Source: a virus
Virus record (IMG/VR): IMGVR_UViG_3300045988_085672
Strand: one strand, 5' to 3'
DNA: 32,417 nt
The notes under the pieces were generated by a model, which searched no databases, was not told where the DNA came from, and saw only the letters and a program-made list of their open reading frames with translations. Shown in pieces: positions 1-7,685 of the stretch (positions are counted from its first letter, which is position 1; each line of letters opens with the position of its first letter). A program made the position numbers and the translations under genes.

Positions 1-77
1 AGGATCGGTTCAAGCACGTTATCGCAAAGCGAATGTTGAACAACCTTGTCTTTATAGCTGTTCGACATAACCACGCG
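1..77. repeat. Terminal overlap copy A: identical to 32341..32417, indicating circular closure of the contig
   Basis: Read directly. aggatcggttcaagcacgtt...ttcgacataaccacgcg is present at both ends, 77/77 identical. The RT reading frame continues in phase across the join. Confidence 0.95.
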
Positions 78-281
78 GCGCTTCGGCTCGTACACCTCGA
101 ACGTGTTGTACGGCGAAAGCGTGTACTTTTTCGTTTTGAGCTGGTAGCTTAACAGGTTCAGCGCTTCAAGAAGGTTTACTTCAAACTTTGCCGCCGCTCC
201 TTTCCACCTCTTGCCTTGCCGCGCCTTTCGGTAGGCTCTGTATAGGTTCTCGAAGTTATATATCTTCTCGTAATCTGTCAT
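1..281 (-). CDS. DGR reverse transcriptase, N-terminal part; continues at 32417 on the circle, joined product 351 aa
   Basis: ATG at 281 preceded by a GAGGA RBS. My translation is MTDYEKIYNFENLYRAYRKARQGKRWKGAAAKFEVNLLEALNLLSYQLKTKKYTLSPYNTFEVYEPKRRVVMSN..., with no stop down to position 1. It is in phase with ORF 31566..32414 through the 77-bp overlap. Confidence 0.9.
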   Translation of the reverse strand, partial: MTDYEKIYNFENLYRAYRKARQGKRWKGAAAKFEVNLLEALNLLSYQLKTKKYTLSPYNTFEVYEPKRRVVMSNSYKDKVVQHSLCDNVLEPI

Positions 282-448
282 AAAAAATATCCTCGCTGTT
301 TGTAGCCTTTGCCTTCCGCCGCGCGGAATGCTCTGGCATCGGCGATCCTGTATTTGCCCCCGCTGTGGATCGCGGCGGCGGGATACACCTTCCTTTGATG
401 GTGGTATTCTGCTTTCGGCTTGCGCCTACTCGATCTCATTTTCCACCG
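282..448 (-). other. DGR spacer between TR and RT (Sp-like region of the TR RNA)
   Basis: 167 nt non-coding stretch between the TR end and the RT ATG. It contains GC-rich short hairpins, for example ttccgc-cgc-gcggaa near 314..328. The position matches the spacer RNA of characterised DGRs. Confidence 0.5.
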
Positions 449-550
449 AAGCGGGCGAACGCCCCTGTTCCCGTTGTAAGCGTTGTTGTTGTTCAGCGTG
501 CCATCGGAATTGACGTTGCGGACGTTCTGCGCGTTCGACGAATTAGGCGT
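449..550 (-). repeat. DGR template repeat (TR), 102 nt
   Basis: 94/102 identical to VR1 and 67/78 identical to VR2. Every mismatch is at a plus-strand T, which is an adenine on the sense (minus) strand. I counted 28 sense-strand adenines. The sense frame is Asn(AAC)-rich: SSNAQNVRNVNSDGTLNNNNAYNGNRGVRPL. Confidence 0.93.
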
Positions 551-572
551 AACAAGATGTACCCCAAACGGT

Positions 573-977
573 TCACCCTCTCGCACGATCCCGCTTTTTC
601 CACGCGGCTAACATATACTTCACGTCAAGCGCAAGTTTAGACCAATATTCGCAACTGTTCGTTGATATGAAGCCCTGTTCGTGCGAAAGCTCTATGAAAA
701 ATAGAAGCTCCTTGCAATAGGTCATTGCCTTCGCTTGAAGCCTCTGCCGTTCCTTGAATTCCTGCGCGTCCAGAAGGTTTAATTCGTTCGCCTCCAGCGC
801 GCATTCGTAAATATCCACCGCTTTATCCTGTATCCTGTTCACAAGGGTAAATCGGTATTTCTTTGGGAAGCGTTCTGTCGAATTTGTGATCGTGAATGTG
901 TGCTTGATTAAATCTTTGCACTTCACGATTACGTTAAATTCCGAAGGTTCCTTTCTTCCTCGTTCCTGCCTCTGCAT
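573..977 (-). CDS. avd: Accessory variability determinant (Avd), four-helix-bundle family
   Basis: 134 aa, basic and helical. The segment FPKKYRFTLVNRIQDKAVDIYECALEAN resembles the Avd / 23S rRNA-IVS four-helix-bundle family. It lies 22 nt upstream of the TR. Confidence 0.75.
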   Translation of the reverse strand: MQRQERGRKEPSEFNVIVKCKDLIKHTFTITNSTERFPKKYRFTLVNRIQDKAVDIYECALEANELNLLDAQEFKERQRLQAKAMTYCKELLFFIELSHEQGFISTNSCEYWSKLALDVKYMLAAWKKRDRARG

Positions 978-1236
978 TTATGCACCGTCCTTTTCGTATG
1001 CGGTCGATCATAACGGTATCTTCGGCGCACCCCTCGAAATCAAAACCAACCGCCGTAACGAAAAGCGTTGCTTTGCTTCCGGTTACGGTCGTTCCCGTGA
1101 TTGTCAAAGTATCTTCGCCGCAATGCTCGCACGGCGGCGAAAGCTCGACAAACAGATTTCCTATAATGCACGATAATTCCGCCCGTGTGCAAGCGTACCG
1201 TTTTAGCATTCGATACGCTGTAAGTTCTCGTTCCAT
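934..1236 (-). CDS. Possible small hypothetical protein between the tail-fibre-like gene and avd
   Basis: 100-aa ORF (or 91 aa from Met at 1209) with protein-like composition (..ELSPPCEHCGEDTLTITGTTVTGSKATLFVTAVGFDFEGC..). The RBS is weak and it overlaps both neighbours (1203..2093 and avd). Confidence 0.3.
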   Translation of the reverse strand: MERELTAYRMLKRYACTRAELSCIIGNLFVELSPPCEHCGEDTLTITGTTVTGSKATLFVTAVGFDFEGCAEDTVMIDRIRKGRCINAEAGTRKKGTFGI

Positions 1237-2093
1237 ACGCCCGTTGTATTAACGCCGGAAAGGTCGTCAAACAGGATAAGGAACGGATTTTCGGTTATAT
1301 CGTTGAATACGACGGCTTCGATCAGATCGACGCGGGCGGAAAGCGCCGTAATCATATTCAGAAGATTTCCCGCCGTGTTTTCGTCCAGCACGTCCTGCAA
1401 GCTGTCAAACCACGTATCAAAATCGGTTTGCGCCTGTGTCTTGAAATCCGCGAAATACTCTTCCAGCGCGTCGTATTGTGTATCTCCCTGTAATTTCAAG
1501 GAATTCATATACGTAACAAGGGAATTGTATTCCGCCGCGCTGTCGCTCTGATACTCTGCGAACCACGCTTCAAGCTGTTCGTTAAATGCTTCTGTGTCGA
1601 TCTGTTCTACAACGGCGGCAACAACGCCGCAAACGGACGTATCCAGCCGCTTGTCCGTGATCCTCGATCCGGTAATTGATGTAACGCCCGCTCCGACGTA
1701 AATATCAGCCAGCGCCAATTCGTAAATATCCGCGTCCCGCTCGATATTCGGCGCGGAAGGCGAAGCGGACGGGGAAGAGGATTTCACCTTTACCGAAATA
1801 AGGCGGTTCGTCAAGTCCCAGCGGACGACAACGCGATCAATTCGGTTCAAAACGCCGTCAGCCGTCGCCAGCGTCAAGGAAAGGTCGCTTGTGTTGTCGT
1901 AGAAATAGCCATTGATCCACGCTTTTCCCGCCTTCACGGTTACTTGCATTCCGTTTCCCGCTACAACTTGAAGCCCCGTTGAAGGAACAGGGAAAACGCC
2001 GTTTCCGATGAACGAAGCGAAATACGAAGCCCAATCTTCGGCTTTATATTTCCGGTCGCCGGATACGCTGTTAAAAAAACTCGATTTTTCCAT
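1203..2093 (-). CDS. Tail fibre / baseplate-associated structural protein (hypothetical)
   Basis: 296 aa with an AAGGGGTG RBS. The N-terminus FNSVSGDRKYKAEDWASYFASFIGNGVFP recurs in Firmicutes prophage tail-tip proteins. The C-terminus is coiled-coil-like. It sits after the Gp37-like gene. Confidence 0.5.
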   Translation of the reverse strand: MEKSSFFNSVSGDRKYKAEDWASYFASFIGNGVFPVPSTGLQVVAGNGMQVTVKAGKAWINGYFYDNTSDLSLTLATADGVLNRIDRVVVRWDLTNRLISVKVKSSSPSASPSAPNIERDADIYELALADIYVGAGVTSITGSRITDKRLDTSVCGVVAAVVEQIDTEAFNEQLEAWFAEYQSDSAAEYNSLVTYMNSLKLQGDTQYDALEEYFADFKTQAQTDFDTWFDSLQDVLDENTAGNLLNMITALSARVDLIEAVVFNDITENPFLILFDDLSGVNTTGVWNENLQRIEC

Positions 2094-2105
2094 AGTTACA
2101 CCCCT

Positions 2106-3230
2106 TTATTTTGTAATCTGACGTATTTGCGTTAAAAGCGCTGGCAAGCTCTCGCCGAAGGTAATATCTATTTCTTCAACGTTGTTTTGGTAGGTTTCCG
2201 CAATCTCCGTTATGCGAACGTCAATGCGAATTCCCCAGCGCTTATTCACGCAAGTAACGCGGTCGCCTAAATCGTAATCGGTTCGGTAGATCAGATTTGC
2301 GAAGGTGTTTACCTTTGAACCGAACGAAAGCGTTTCCGCGTACTGCTCCAATTCCTCCGCGCCTCGGGCGGCAAGAAGCGCTAAATACTCCGGATCGGTT
2401 AGCGTTACTTTTTCGCCGCCTTCCTCTTCATATTCCTGCACTATATCGGTGGCGTTTATGAATACCTCTTCGCGCGTCAATCCTGCTGCCGATCCGCCCA
2501 CTTCGGCAACCTTGCGCGCAACGCCTTCTTTCTCTTCGCCTCCGACGAACGCCGTTGTTTTTAGGTTTTCAATGCTGTTCGTGTATTCCTGTTCCACGAT
2601 GTTGTCGAATTCCTGCGAAAAGATACAAGGTGCATTCCCTGCGGTATTGCCCGCTGTAAGATCGCGCCCTTTATAGACGGAAAAGACGTGCGCGCCTGTC
2701 CTCGCGTCCGTCCGCATTCGTATTCCCAGCTTTGCCGCCTTCGCCGCCGTTTCCGCCGCAAGCTGTGCGTTCGTGTACTGCTCCGAAGTGTAGTCAATCG
2801 TTCCGCTTCCCGTGTCGCTGTCGTCGGTGGCGATTGAAACGTCCGGAATTTTCCGCGCGCTGTCGGTCGGGCTTGTTACGTTTTCCCGTACAATGCGGTA
2901 AAGAATGCTTTGCGTTGTGTCCTTTGTGATGATCTGCTTCTTGATAATCCGCTTTCCGATCCAAGCGATAAGGAATTTCCCTTGAACCTCGATTTCCTCC
3001 AGCCCCTGCGAATTCTTCGTGATATGAACGTATCGGATTTGCGCCGCTTCATCGTCGCCGCGCTTCATAATGATATTGTTTTTCACAAGCATTCGGGAAT
3101 GCTCTTCGGTGAAAGGAACAAGAAGTTTGAATTCTCCGCACGTCCAATAACGCCGCGTCCAGATCAGCGAAGCGATCTTTTCGACAATCCCTTGAAGTAC
3201 CATATCGGAAGAATAAACGTATAATTCCAT
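2106..3230 (-). CDS. Siphovirus Gp37-like minor tail / baseplate protein
   Basis: I place the start at Met52 of the tracked ORF (MELYVYSSDMVLQGIVEKIASLIWTRRYW..). ATG at 3230 lies 5 nt after the Dit stop. It resembles the ReqiPepy6 Gp37-like family from memory. Confidence 0.55.
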   Translation of the reverse strand: MELYVYSSDMVLQGIVEKIASLIWTRRYWTCGEFKLLVPFTEEHSRMLVKNNIIMKRGDDEAAQIRYVHITKNSQGLEEIEVQGKFLIAWIGKRIIKKQIITKDTTQSILYRIVRENVTSPTDSARKIPDVSIATDDSDTGSGTIDYTSEQYTNAQLAAETAAKAAKLGIRMRTDARTGAHVFSVYKGRDLTAGNTAGNAPCIFSQEFDNIVEQEYTNSIENLKTTAFVGGEEKEGVARKVAEVGGSAAGLTREEVFINATDIVQEYEEEGGEKVTLTDPEYLALLAARGAEELEQYAETLSFGSKVNTFANLIYRTDYDLGDRVTCVNKRWGIRIDVRITEIAETYQNNVEEIDITFGESLPALLTQIRQITK

Positions 3231-3234
3231 ACCG

Positions 3235-4122
3235 CTACACCCCCAAATACAAGTTATTGTGATAAATAGATACTTCGAGATTTTCCGCGTTCGTGTCCGC
3301 CGAATATCGGAAAAGATTATCACCCACGGCAAGCTGTAAGTATGAGCTATCAACGTCCAAATAGCGGAAAGCGTCGCTTTCAACGCCGCCGCTTAACAGT
3401 TTCACGGATTTTTCGCCGTACCCCGTCGATACGGTCAGCACGTCGCCCGCTTCAAGCGAAATATTCGCTTTTATGAGCTCCTGCGTATTGACGTTCAAAA
3501 GCTGTGGATTTGTCAGCGCACCCAGCGCGCGAAACTCGATCCGGATACCGCTTTTCACGTCGCCGGAATTGAATACGTTTACGATCAGCGAAGGCTGGCG
3601 GTAGCCGATTTCCCAATCCGGCGTTATCTCCAGCCCGTCCGGAACGGGGAATTCAAAGCCGCCGATCCACGTTGCTATATCCTCCCGCGTTTCCGCCTGT
3701 TCGCGCCAAAACGGATTAAGGCACGAAAGCTGGATTGTGAATTGCTCGAAAATCGTTCCGCGCTTGAAAATAGGCGCGTTGTTGATCGTGCAACCGATAA
3801 CCCGCTTGAAGTCGCCCAATTCATAAGTAAGCGTCGCGGAATACTGCGGATTTAGTATCCTGTTCAAATTACGTCGCAAGTCCTGTATTGCGATTTTGTC
3901 CCGCTCCTTGATATGTCCTACGATGTCAATATCTCGGCTTTCAATGCGGTATCCTAAATAGGTATCGCCGTCCTGCCCCATACTATTTGTTGAATAAATA
4001 GCGTTCTGAACGTCGGACAATCCGGAAACGTCCTTGAAGTTTACGTGATAAGAAGAAGCAGGGGAAAAGACAATGCTTTCCCCCCGCTCGTTTGTGTAGG
4101 TCAATTTCTCTTGTATTTTCAT
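3235..4122 (-). CDS. Distal tail protein (Dit, Sipho_tail family)
   Basis: 295 aa. The start overlaps the TMP stop (TAATG). This is the canonical position after the tape measure, and the sequence style matches Dit proteins. Confidence 0.7.
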   Translation of the reverse strand: MKIQEKLTYTNERGESIVFSPASSYHVNFKDVSGLSDVQNAIYSTNSMGQDGDTYLGYRIESRDIDIVGHIKERDKIAIQDLRRNLNRILNPQYSATLTYELGDFKRVIGCTINNAPIFKRGTIFEQFTIQLSCLNPFWREQAETREDIATWIGGFEFPVPDGLEITPDWEIGYRQPSLIVNVFNSGDVKSGIRIEFRALGALTNPQLLNVNTQELIKANISLEAGDVLTVSTGYGEKSVKLLSGGVESDAFRYLDVDSSYLQLAVGDNLFRYSADTNAENLEVSIYHNNLYLGV

Positions 4123-7052
4123 TAGGTCATTACCTCCCGCGCGATCATTCTAAACTGCCGCGCCGCCTCGCGCTGTTGCTGGGCGTAGGAAGTTTCGTTT
4201 GCGTAGATGTTTTGCACCACCTCGAAACGTGTTTCCGGTCTGCCGCCTCTGCGCGGGCGCGGATTATCGTTATCGGGAACGGCGTTGTCCGTTGCCTTGC
4301 GGATTGATTTTTCAACGCCTCGCATTTCTCGCCCGAAGCCTTCGCCGATCCCCTGCGCCATATACGCGCCGATACCCGCAAAGACTTTCGACGGGGAAGC
4401 GATCTGCATTTCATCTTCAACCGCCGCGACAATTTCGCGCATCATCGAACGCACGCGGCTTTCAAGCCAACCGGACATATTTTGAAAGCCTTGCCAAATA
4501 CCGCGCACCATATCTTCGCCCGCCGCCGTGAATTCCGATACGAAGGAACGAAGCGCCGTCAAAACAGGCTGTACGATCTGCGCCACCTTGCTTGTGATCT
4601 GCGGGATACCCTGCACCATTCCGGAAGCGATATTCTTATCAATCGTAACGCCCGCTTCAATAAACTTCTGATTTTGCGCGTTGAAGGCGGTAATAATGCT
4701 TTGCGTGATCTGCGGTATCTTCGCGGTAATCTGCGGGATTGCGGTTATCATACCGGAAGAAATATGCCTGTCGAAGTCCTGTCCCGCTTGATTTAGTCTT
4801 TGTGCCTGTGCGGTCAGCCCGCTTATAACCCGCTCGACAATCGCGTTTACGGCTCCGGAAAGCCCTTCGATATTTGCTATGATACCGTCGTTCACCGCGC
4901 GCACCGCTTCGGCGGCTGTAAGCTGTCCCGCTCCGCCCATTGCGGCGGTCATATCAGCCGAAACGCCGTCCATACTTTCCCCGAAGCCTACGCCTACACC
5001 TTCGCCCATATTCGTACCGATTTCGGCGAATACGGTAGAAGGGGAATGAATGCCGAAAAAGCCTTTAATCCCGTCCACAAGGGAAGAAGCCCAGCCCGTT
5101 ACCTTATCCCAAAGCCACGAAGCCGCGCTTGAAATGCCTTCCCATAAACCGTGAAGAAGGTTCGCGCCTGCGTTCACCATTTCACCGACAAGGGAACCGA
5201 ACGCCGATACGATCCCGCTAACAATTTGCGGAACCGCTTTGACAATTTCAACAATGATTGTCGGCAAATTCTGAATGAGCGCCACGAAAAGCTGAACGCC
5301 CGCTTGAATAATCTGCGGGATATTCTGCACAAGCGCGTTTACAATCCCGCTGATAATCTGCGGGATTGCCTGTACGATCGTCGTTATAATCTGCGGAAGC
5401 GCCTGTATCAGCGCCACAAGAAGGTCAATACCCGCTTGAATGATAAGCGGTATATTTTCAAGAAGCGCCGTAATGATCCCGTTTATAATCTCCGGAATAG
5501 CCGCCACAATCGTTGCTATGATTTCCGGAAGGGCGGTAATAAGGGAAGTCAAAAGGTCGATACCCGCTTGAATGATCTGCGGGATCGCCGAAAGCAACCC
5601 GTCAATAAGGCTTGTAATCAGCGTAGGAAGCGCCGCTACAAGAACGGGGATCGCGTTTATGATACCCTGTGCCAGCCCTGTAACAAGCTGTAACGCGGCA
5701 TCTATCAGCAACGGGATATTGTCGATCAGCACTTGCACAATATCGGTTACAAGCTGAACCAGCGAAGGAACAAGCGTCGGCAAGGCTTGCGCTATTCCCG
5801 TCGCAATATTTGCGATCATCTGAAAGGCAAAGTTTATGAAGGTCGGTAACATTTCGGTTAGCTTTTGGATCGCAAACGTTACCATTCCCAGCAATCCGTC
5901 CGTAAACTGTTGCGCCGCGCCTTCTGCACCCGTAAGCGCACCCACCAAGCCGTTTCCGATAAGCTCGACGAACGGCGTAATCTGTTGCAGAAGATCCGCC
6001 GCAAGCTGTTTCAGCTTTGTAACGATCGGTTCTGCGATCGCTCCCAATTCCGCCATTGCGCTATTAAGGGAAGCCGTCGCCTTCTGTGCGTCGATAATAT
6101 CGCCGTTTACCTCTCTGTATTTTTTCGCCGCGTCGGAATATAGCCCGTTCAGCGTTTCCGTAATCAGCGCTTGCCGTTCTTGCTCTGTACTGCACTTATC
6201 AAGGCTGGCTTGAAATTCATCTTCCGAAACGCCCGCCCAATTCAAAGCATCTGCAAGCCCTCCCGTAATCGCGCCCGTTTTCGCGGTTTCGTTTGCGGCT
6301 TCGGTTAAGTTTTCAATAGGCAAGCTGTCGCCGAAGGTCGCATATACGCCCGTTGCTATATCCGTCCACGTCGCAAGCTCTTTTTCGTTGTTCGTAAGTT
6401 TCGCAAGGTGGGCGGCGGCTTCGGTCGCCTGTCCGTCGTCGCCTAAAATGCCGTATAACTCCGTATAGGTGTTCTTTGCATCTTCTGCCGAATGTCCCGC
6501 CGTTGTGAAGCCCGTTTCCAGCTTGCCCATATTTTCGCGGGCTTCGCGCGTACTTTCGGCAAGCCCCAAGAATGCACCCGCCGCCGCTCCGATTGCCGCA
6601 CCCATTGCGGCAACCCCTGCGCCGATCGCTTTTCCCACTTTGCCTACGGTTTCGCCGACGCTCTCCCAATCAATCTTTGACTTTTTCAGTTTTTCGGAAG
6701 TGTCGTCGATTTCCTTTTGAATTTTTACCATATCGGCTTTTGTGTTGTTCAAAGCCGTTTGCATTTTCTGATATGCGGGATTTGTAGGTTCGATCCCGCC
6801 GTCGCGCATTTTCTTCAAGGCATCTTCTGCGGCTTTCGCCTTTTTTGCCTGTTCTTCAAGCGATTTTTTTAGAATATCCTGTTTCCGTGTCAGCGCGTCG
6901 ATGCTTTCCGCATTGTCGCCGAATTCAGCCGTCGCCAGCTTCATTTCCGAACCGATTTCGCGAAGGGAAGTGTTGATACCCTTACAGGCGGAACGGTATT
7001 CTTTTTCGCCTTCAAGAATAATTTGCGATTTGATTTGTTCTTCCTTCGCCAT
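4122..7052 (-). CDS. Tail tape measure protein
   Basis: 976 aa. It has an N-terminal coiled coil, Gly/Ala-rich hydrophobic segments and tandem 44-aa repeats. It lies directly after the G/GT chaperone genes. Confidence 0.92.
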   Translation of the reverse strand: MAKEEQIKSQIILEGEKEYRSACKGINTSLREIGSEMKLATAEFGDNAESIDALTRKQDILKKSLEEQAKKAKAAEDALKKMRDGGIEPTNPAYQKMQTALNNTKADMVKIQKEIDDTSEKLKKSKIDWESVGETVGKVGKAIGAGVAAMGAAIGAAAGAFLGLAESTREARENMGKLETGFTTAGHSAEDAKNTYTELYGILGDDGQATEAAAHLAKLTNNEKELATWTDIATGVYATFGDSLPIENLTEAANETAKTGAITGGLADALNWAGVSEDEFQASLDKCSTEQERQALITETLNGLYSDAAKKYREVNGDIIDAQKATASLNSAMAELGAIAEPIVTKLKQLAADLLQQITPFVELIGNGLVGALTGAEGAAQQFTDGLLGMVTFAIQKLTEMLPTFINFAFQMIANIATGIAQALPTLVPSLVQLVTDIVQVLIDNIPLLIDAALQLVTGLAQGIINAIPVLVAALPTLITSLIDGLLSAIPQIIQAGIDLLTSLITALPEIIATIVAAIPEIINGIITALLENIPLIIQAGIDLLVALIQALPQIITTIVQAIPQIISGIVNALVQNIPQIIQAGVQLFVALIQNLPTIIVEIVKAVPQIVSGIVSAFGSLVGEMVNAGANLLHGLWEGISSAASWLWDKVTGWASSLVDGIKGFFGIHSPSTVFAEIGTNMGEGVGVGFGESMDGVSADMTAAMGGAGQLTAAEAVRAVNDGIIANIEGLSGAVNAIVERVISGLTAQAQRLNQAGQDFDRHISSGMITAIPQITAKIPQITQSIITAFNAQNQKFIEAGVTIDKNIASGMVQGIPQITSKVAQIVQPVLTALRSFVSEFTAAGEDMVRGIWQGFQNMSGWLESRVRSMMREIVAAVEDEMQIASPSKVFAGIGAYMAQGIGEGFGREMRGVEKSIRKATDNAVPDNDNPRPRRGGRPETRFEVVQNIYANETSYAQQQREAARQFRMIAREVMT
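5190..5720 (-). repeat. Four tandem ~44-aa repeats inside the tape measure
   Basis: aa 445..621 read as IPxIIQAG(I/V)xLxxALIxxLPxIIxxIVxAIPxIIxGIxxALxxN, four times in a row. Confidence 0.8.
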
Positions 7053-7262
7053 TTACAACCCTCCTAATATGTCGTCAATATCGGCTTCCGGCTCTTCCGG
7101 CTTGAAGCGATCCGGATTGAATTGTTTGTGTATCCTAAAAAGCGTTAAAATTTTATACGGTGTCATTCGCCATACTTCGGCTTCGCTCCACCGAAGAAGC
7201 GTAACGCCGATATAAAGAAGGCGGGCAAGGTCAATTACTCCTTGCCCGCCGCCGCGTTTTTT
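7053..7262 (-). CDS. -1 frame extension of the tail assembly chaperone (GT-type fusion product)
   Basis: The -1 frame is open from the slippery site. It reads KKRGGGQGVIDLARLLYIGVTLLRWSEAEVWRMTPYKILTLFRIHKQFNPDRFKPEEPEADIDDILGGL and stops at 7053..7055, directly abutting the TMP ATG. Confidence 0.75.
   Translation of the reverse strand, partial: KKRGGGQGVIDLARLLYIGVTLLRWSEAEVWRMTPYKILTLFRIHKQFNPDRFKPEEPEADIDDILGGL
7220..7262 (-). promoter_or_regulatory. Programmed -1 ribosomal frameshift signal
   Basis: Slippery heptamer A_AAA_AAC (7262..7256) in the zero frame gga aaa aac. A 5-nt spacer gcggc follows. Then an 11-bp perfect stem ggcgggcaagg/ccttgcccgcc (7250..7240 with 7230..7220) with a 9-nt loop that contains the G stop codon. 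Confidence 0.75.
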
Positions 7263-7633
7263 CCGTTTTCGTTGTCCTCTCCGTCGTCCTCTTCCTCTTC
7301 ATCGTCGCGGGCGGGCGGTTCTGCCGTCCCGTTGTTTCCCATCGAAAACGCTTTGAAGATAGATGATTTTACTTCAAGGAAATTGCCCGTATGAATGAGC
7401 TTGCCCACCTGTTTTTCGGTAAGCTCTTCTTCTCCGTCCTCTGCGCCCTCGTTCAAAAGCAGGGTAAGAAGCCAGCGAAGGTTTTTAATGCTGTCCTTTC
7501 CGGAAAGCGCCGTATCAAGGCGATCAAAGCCGCCGAATTTGTCTTGCATTTCGTCAATCACGTTCAAACTGAAAAGAAGATGTCTTTCCTTGTCAAGCGT
7601 GATCGGGAAGCGTCCGTCTTTAATTGCACTCAT
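7235..7633 (-). CDS. Tail assembly chaperone (G-like)
   Basis: 132 aa with an acidic C-terminus, between the major tail protein and the TMP. It carries the frameshift site near its 3' end. Confidence 0.75.
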   Translation of the reverse strand: MSAIKDGRFPITLDKERHLLFSLNVIDEMQDKFGGFDRLDTALSGKDSIKNLRWLLTLLLNEGAEDGEEELTEKQVGKLIHTGNFLEVKSSIFKAFSMGNNGTAEPPARDDEEEEDDGEDNENGKNAAAGKE

Positions 7634-7670
7634 AAAACAATAAGCGGGAAGCCGTTTCCGGCTCCCCGCT
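7634..7670 (-). terminator. Hairpin plus T-rich tract after the major tail gene (attenuator-type terminator)
   Basis: Minus strand reads agcggggagccg-gaaa-cggcttcccgct followed by tattgtttta. The stem has 12 bp with 1 mismatch. Confidence 0.45.
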
Positions 7671-7685
7671 GTACCCCCTTTCTTG

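Noticed and set aside
1-77. 77-bp terminal repeat as a biological direct terminal repeat or cos end
   Set aside because: Its length equals a standard assembly k-mer and it falls in the middle of the RT gene. That is an unlikely place for packaging ends in an HNH/P27-terminase phage. I interpret it as a circularisation overlap, but I cannot exclude a real repeat without reads.
278-586. 102-aa minus-strand ORF covering the TR and spacer (MREGEPFGVHLVTPNSSNAQNVRNVNSDGTLNNNNAYNGNRGVRPLRWKMRSS...)
   Set aside because: It is the reading-frame shadow of the TR, a paralogous copy of the target VR region. After the TR it runs into an Arg/Lys-rich, non-protein-like spacer. It has no RBS and it overlaps the avd 3' end and the RT start. 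I treat it as non-coding TR RNA.
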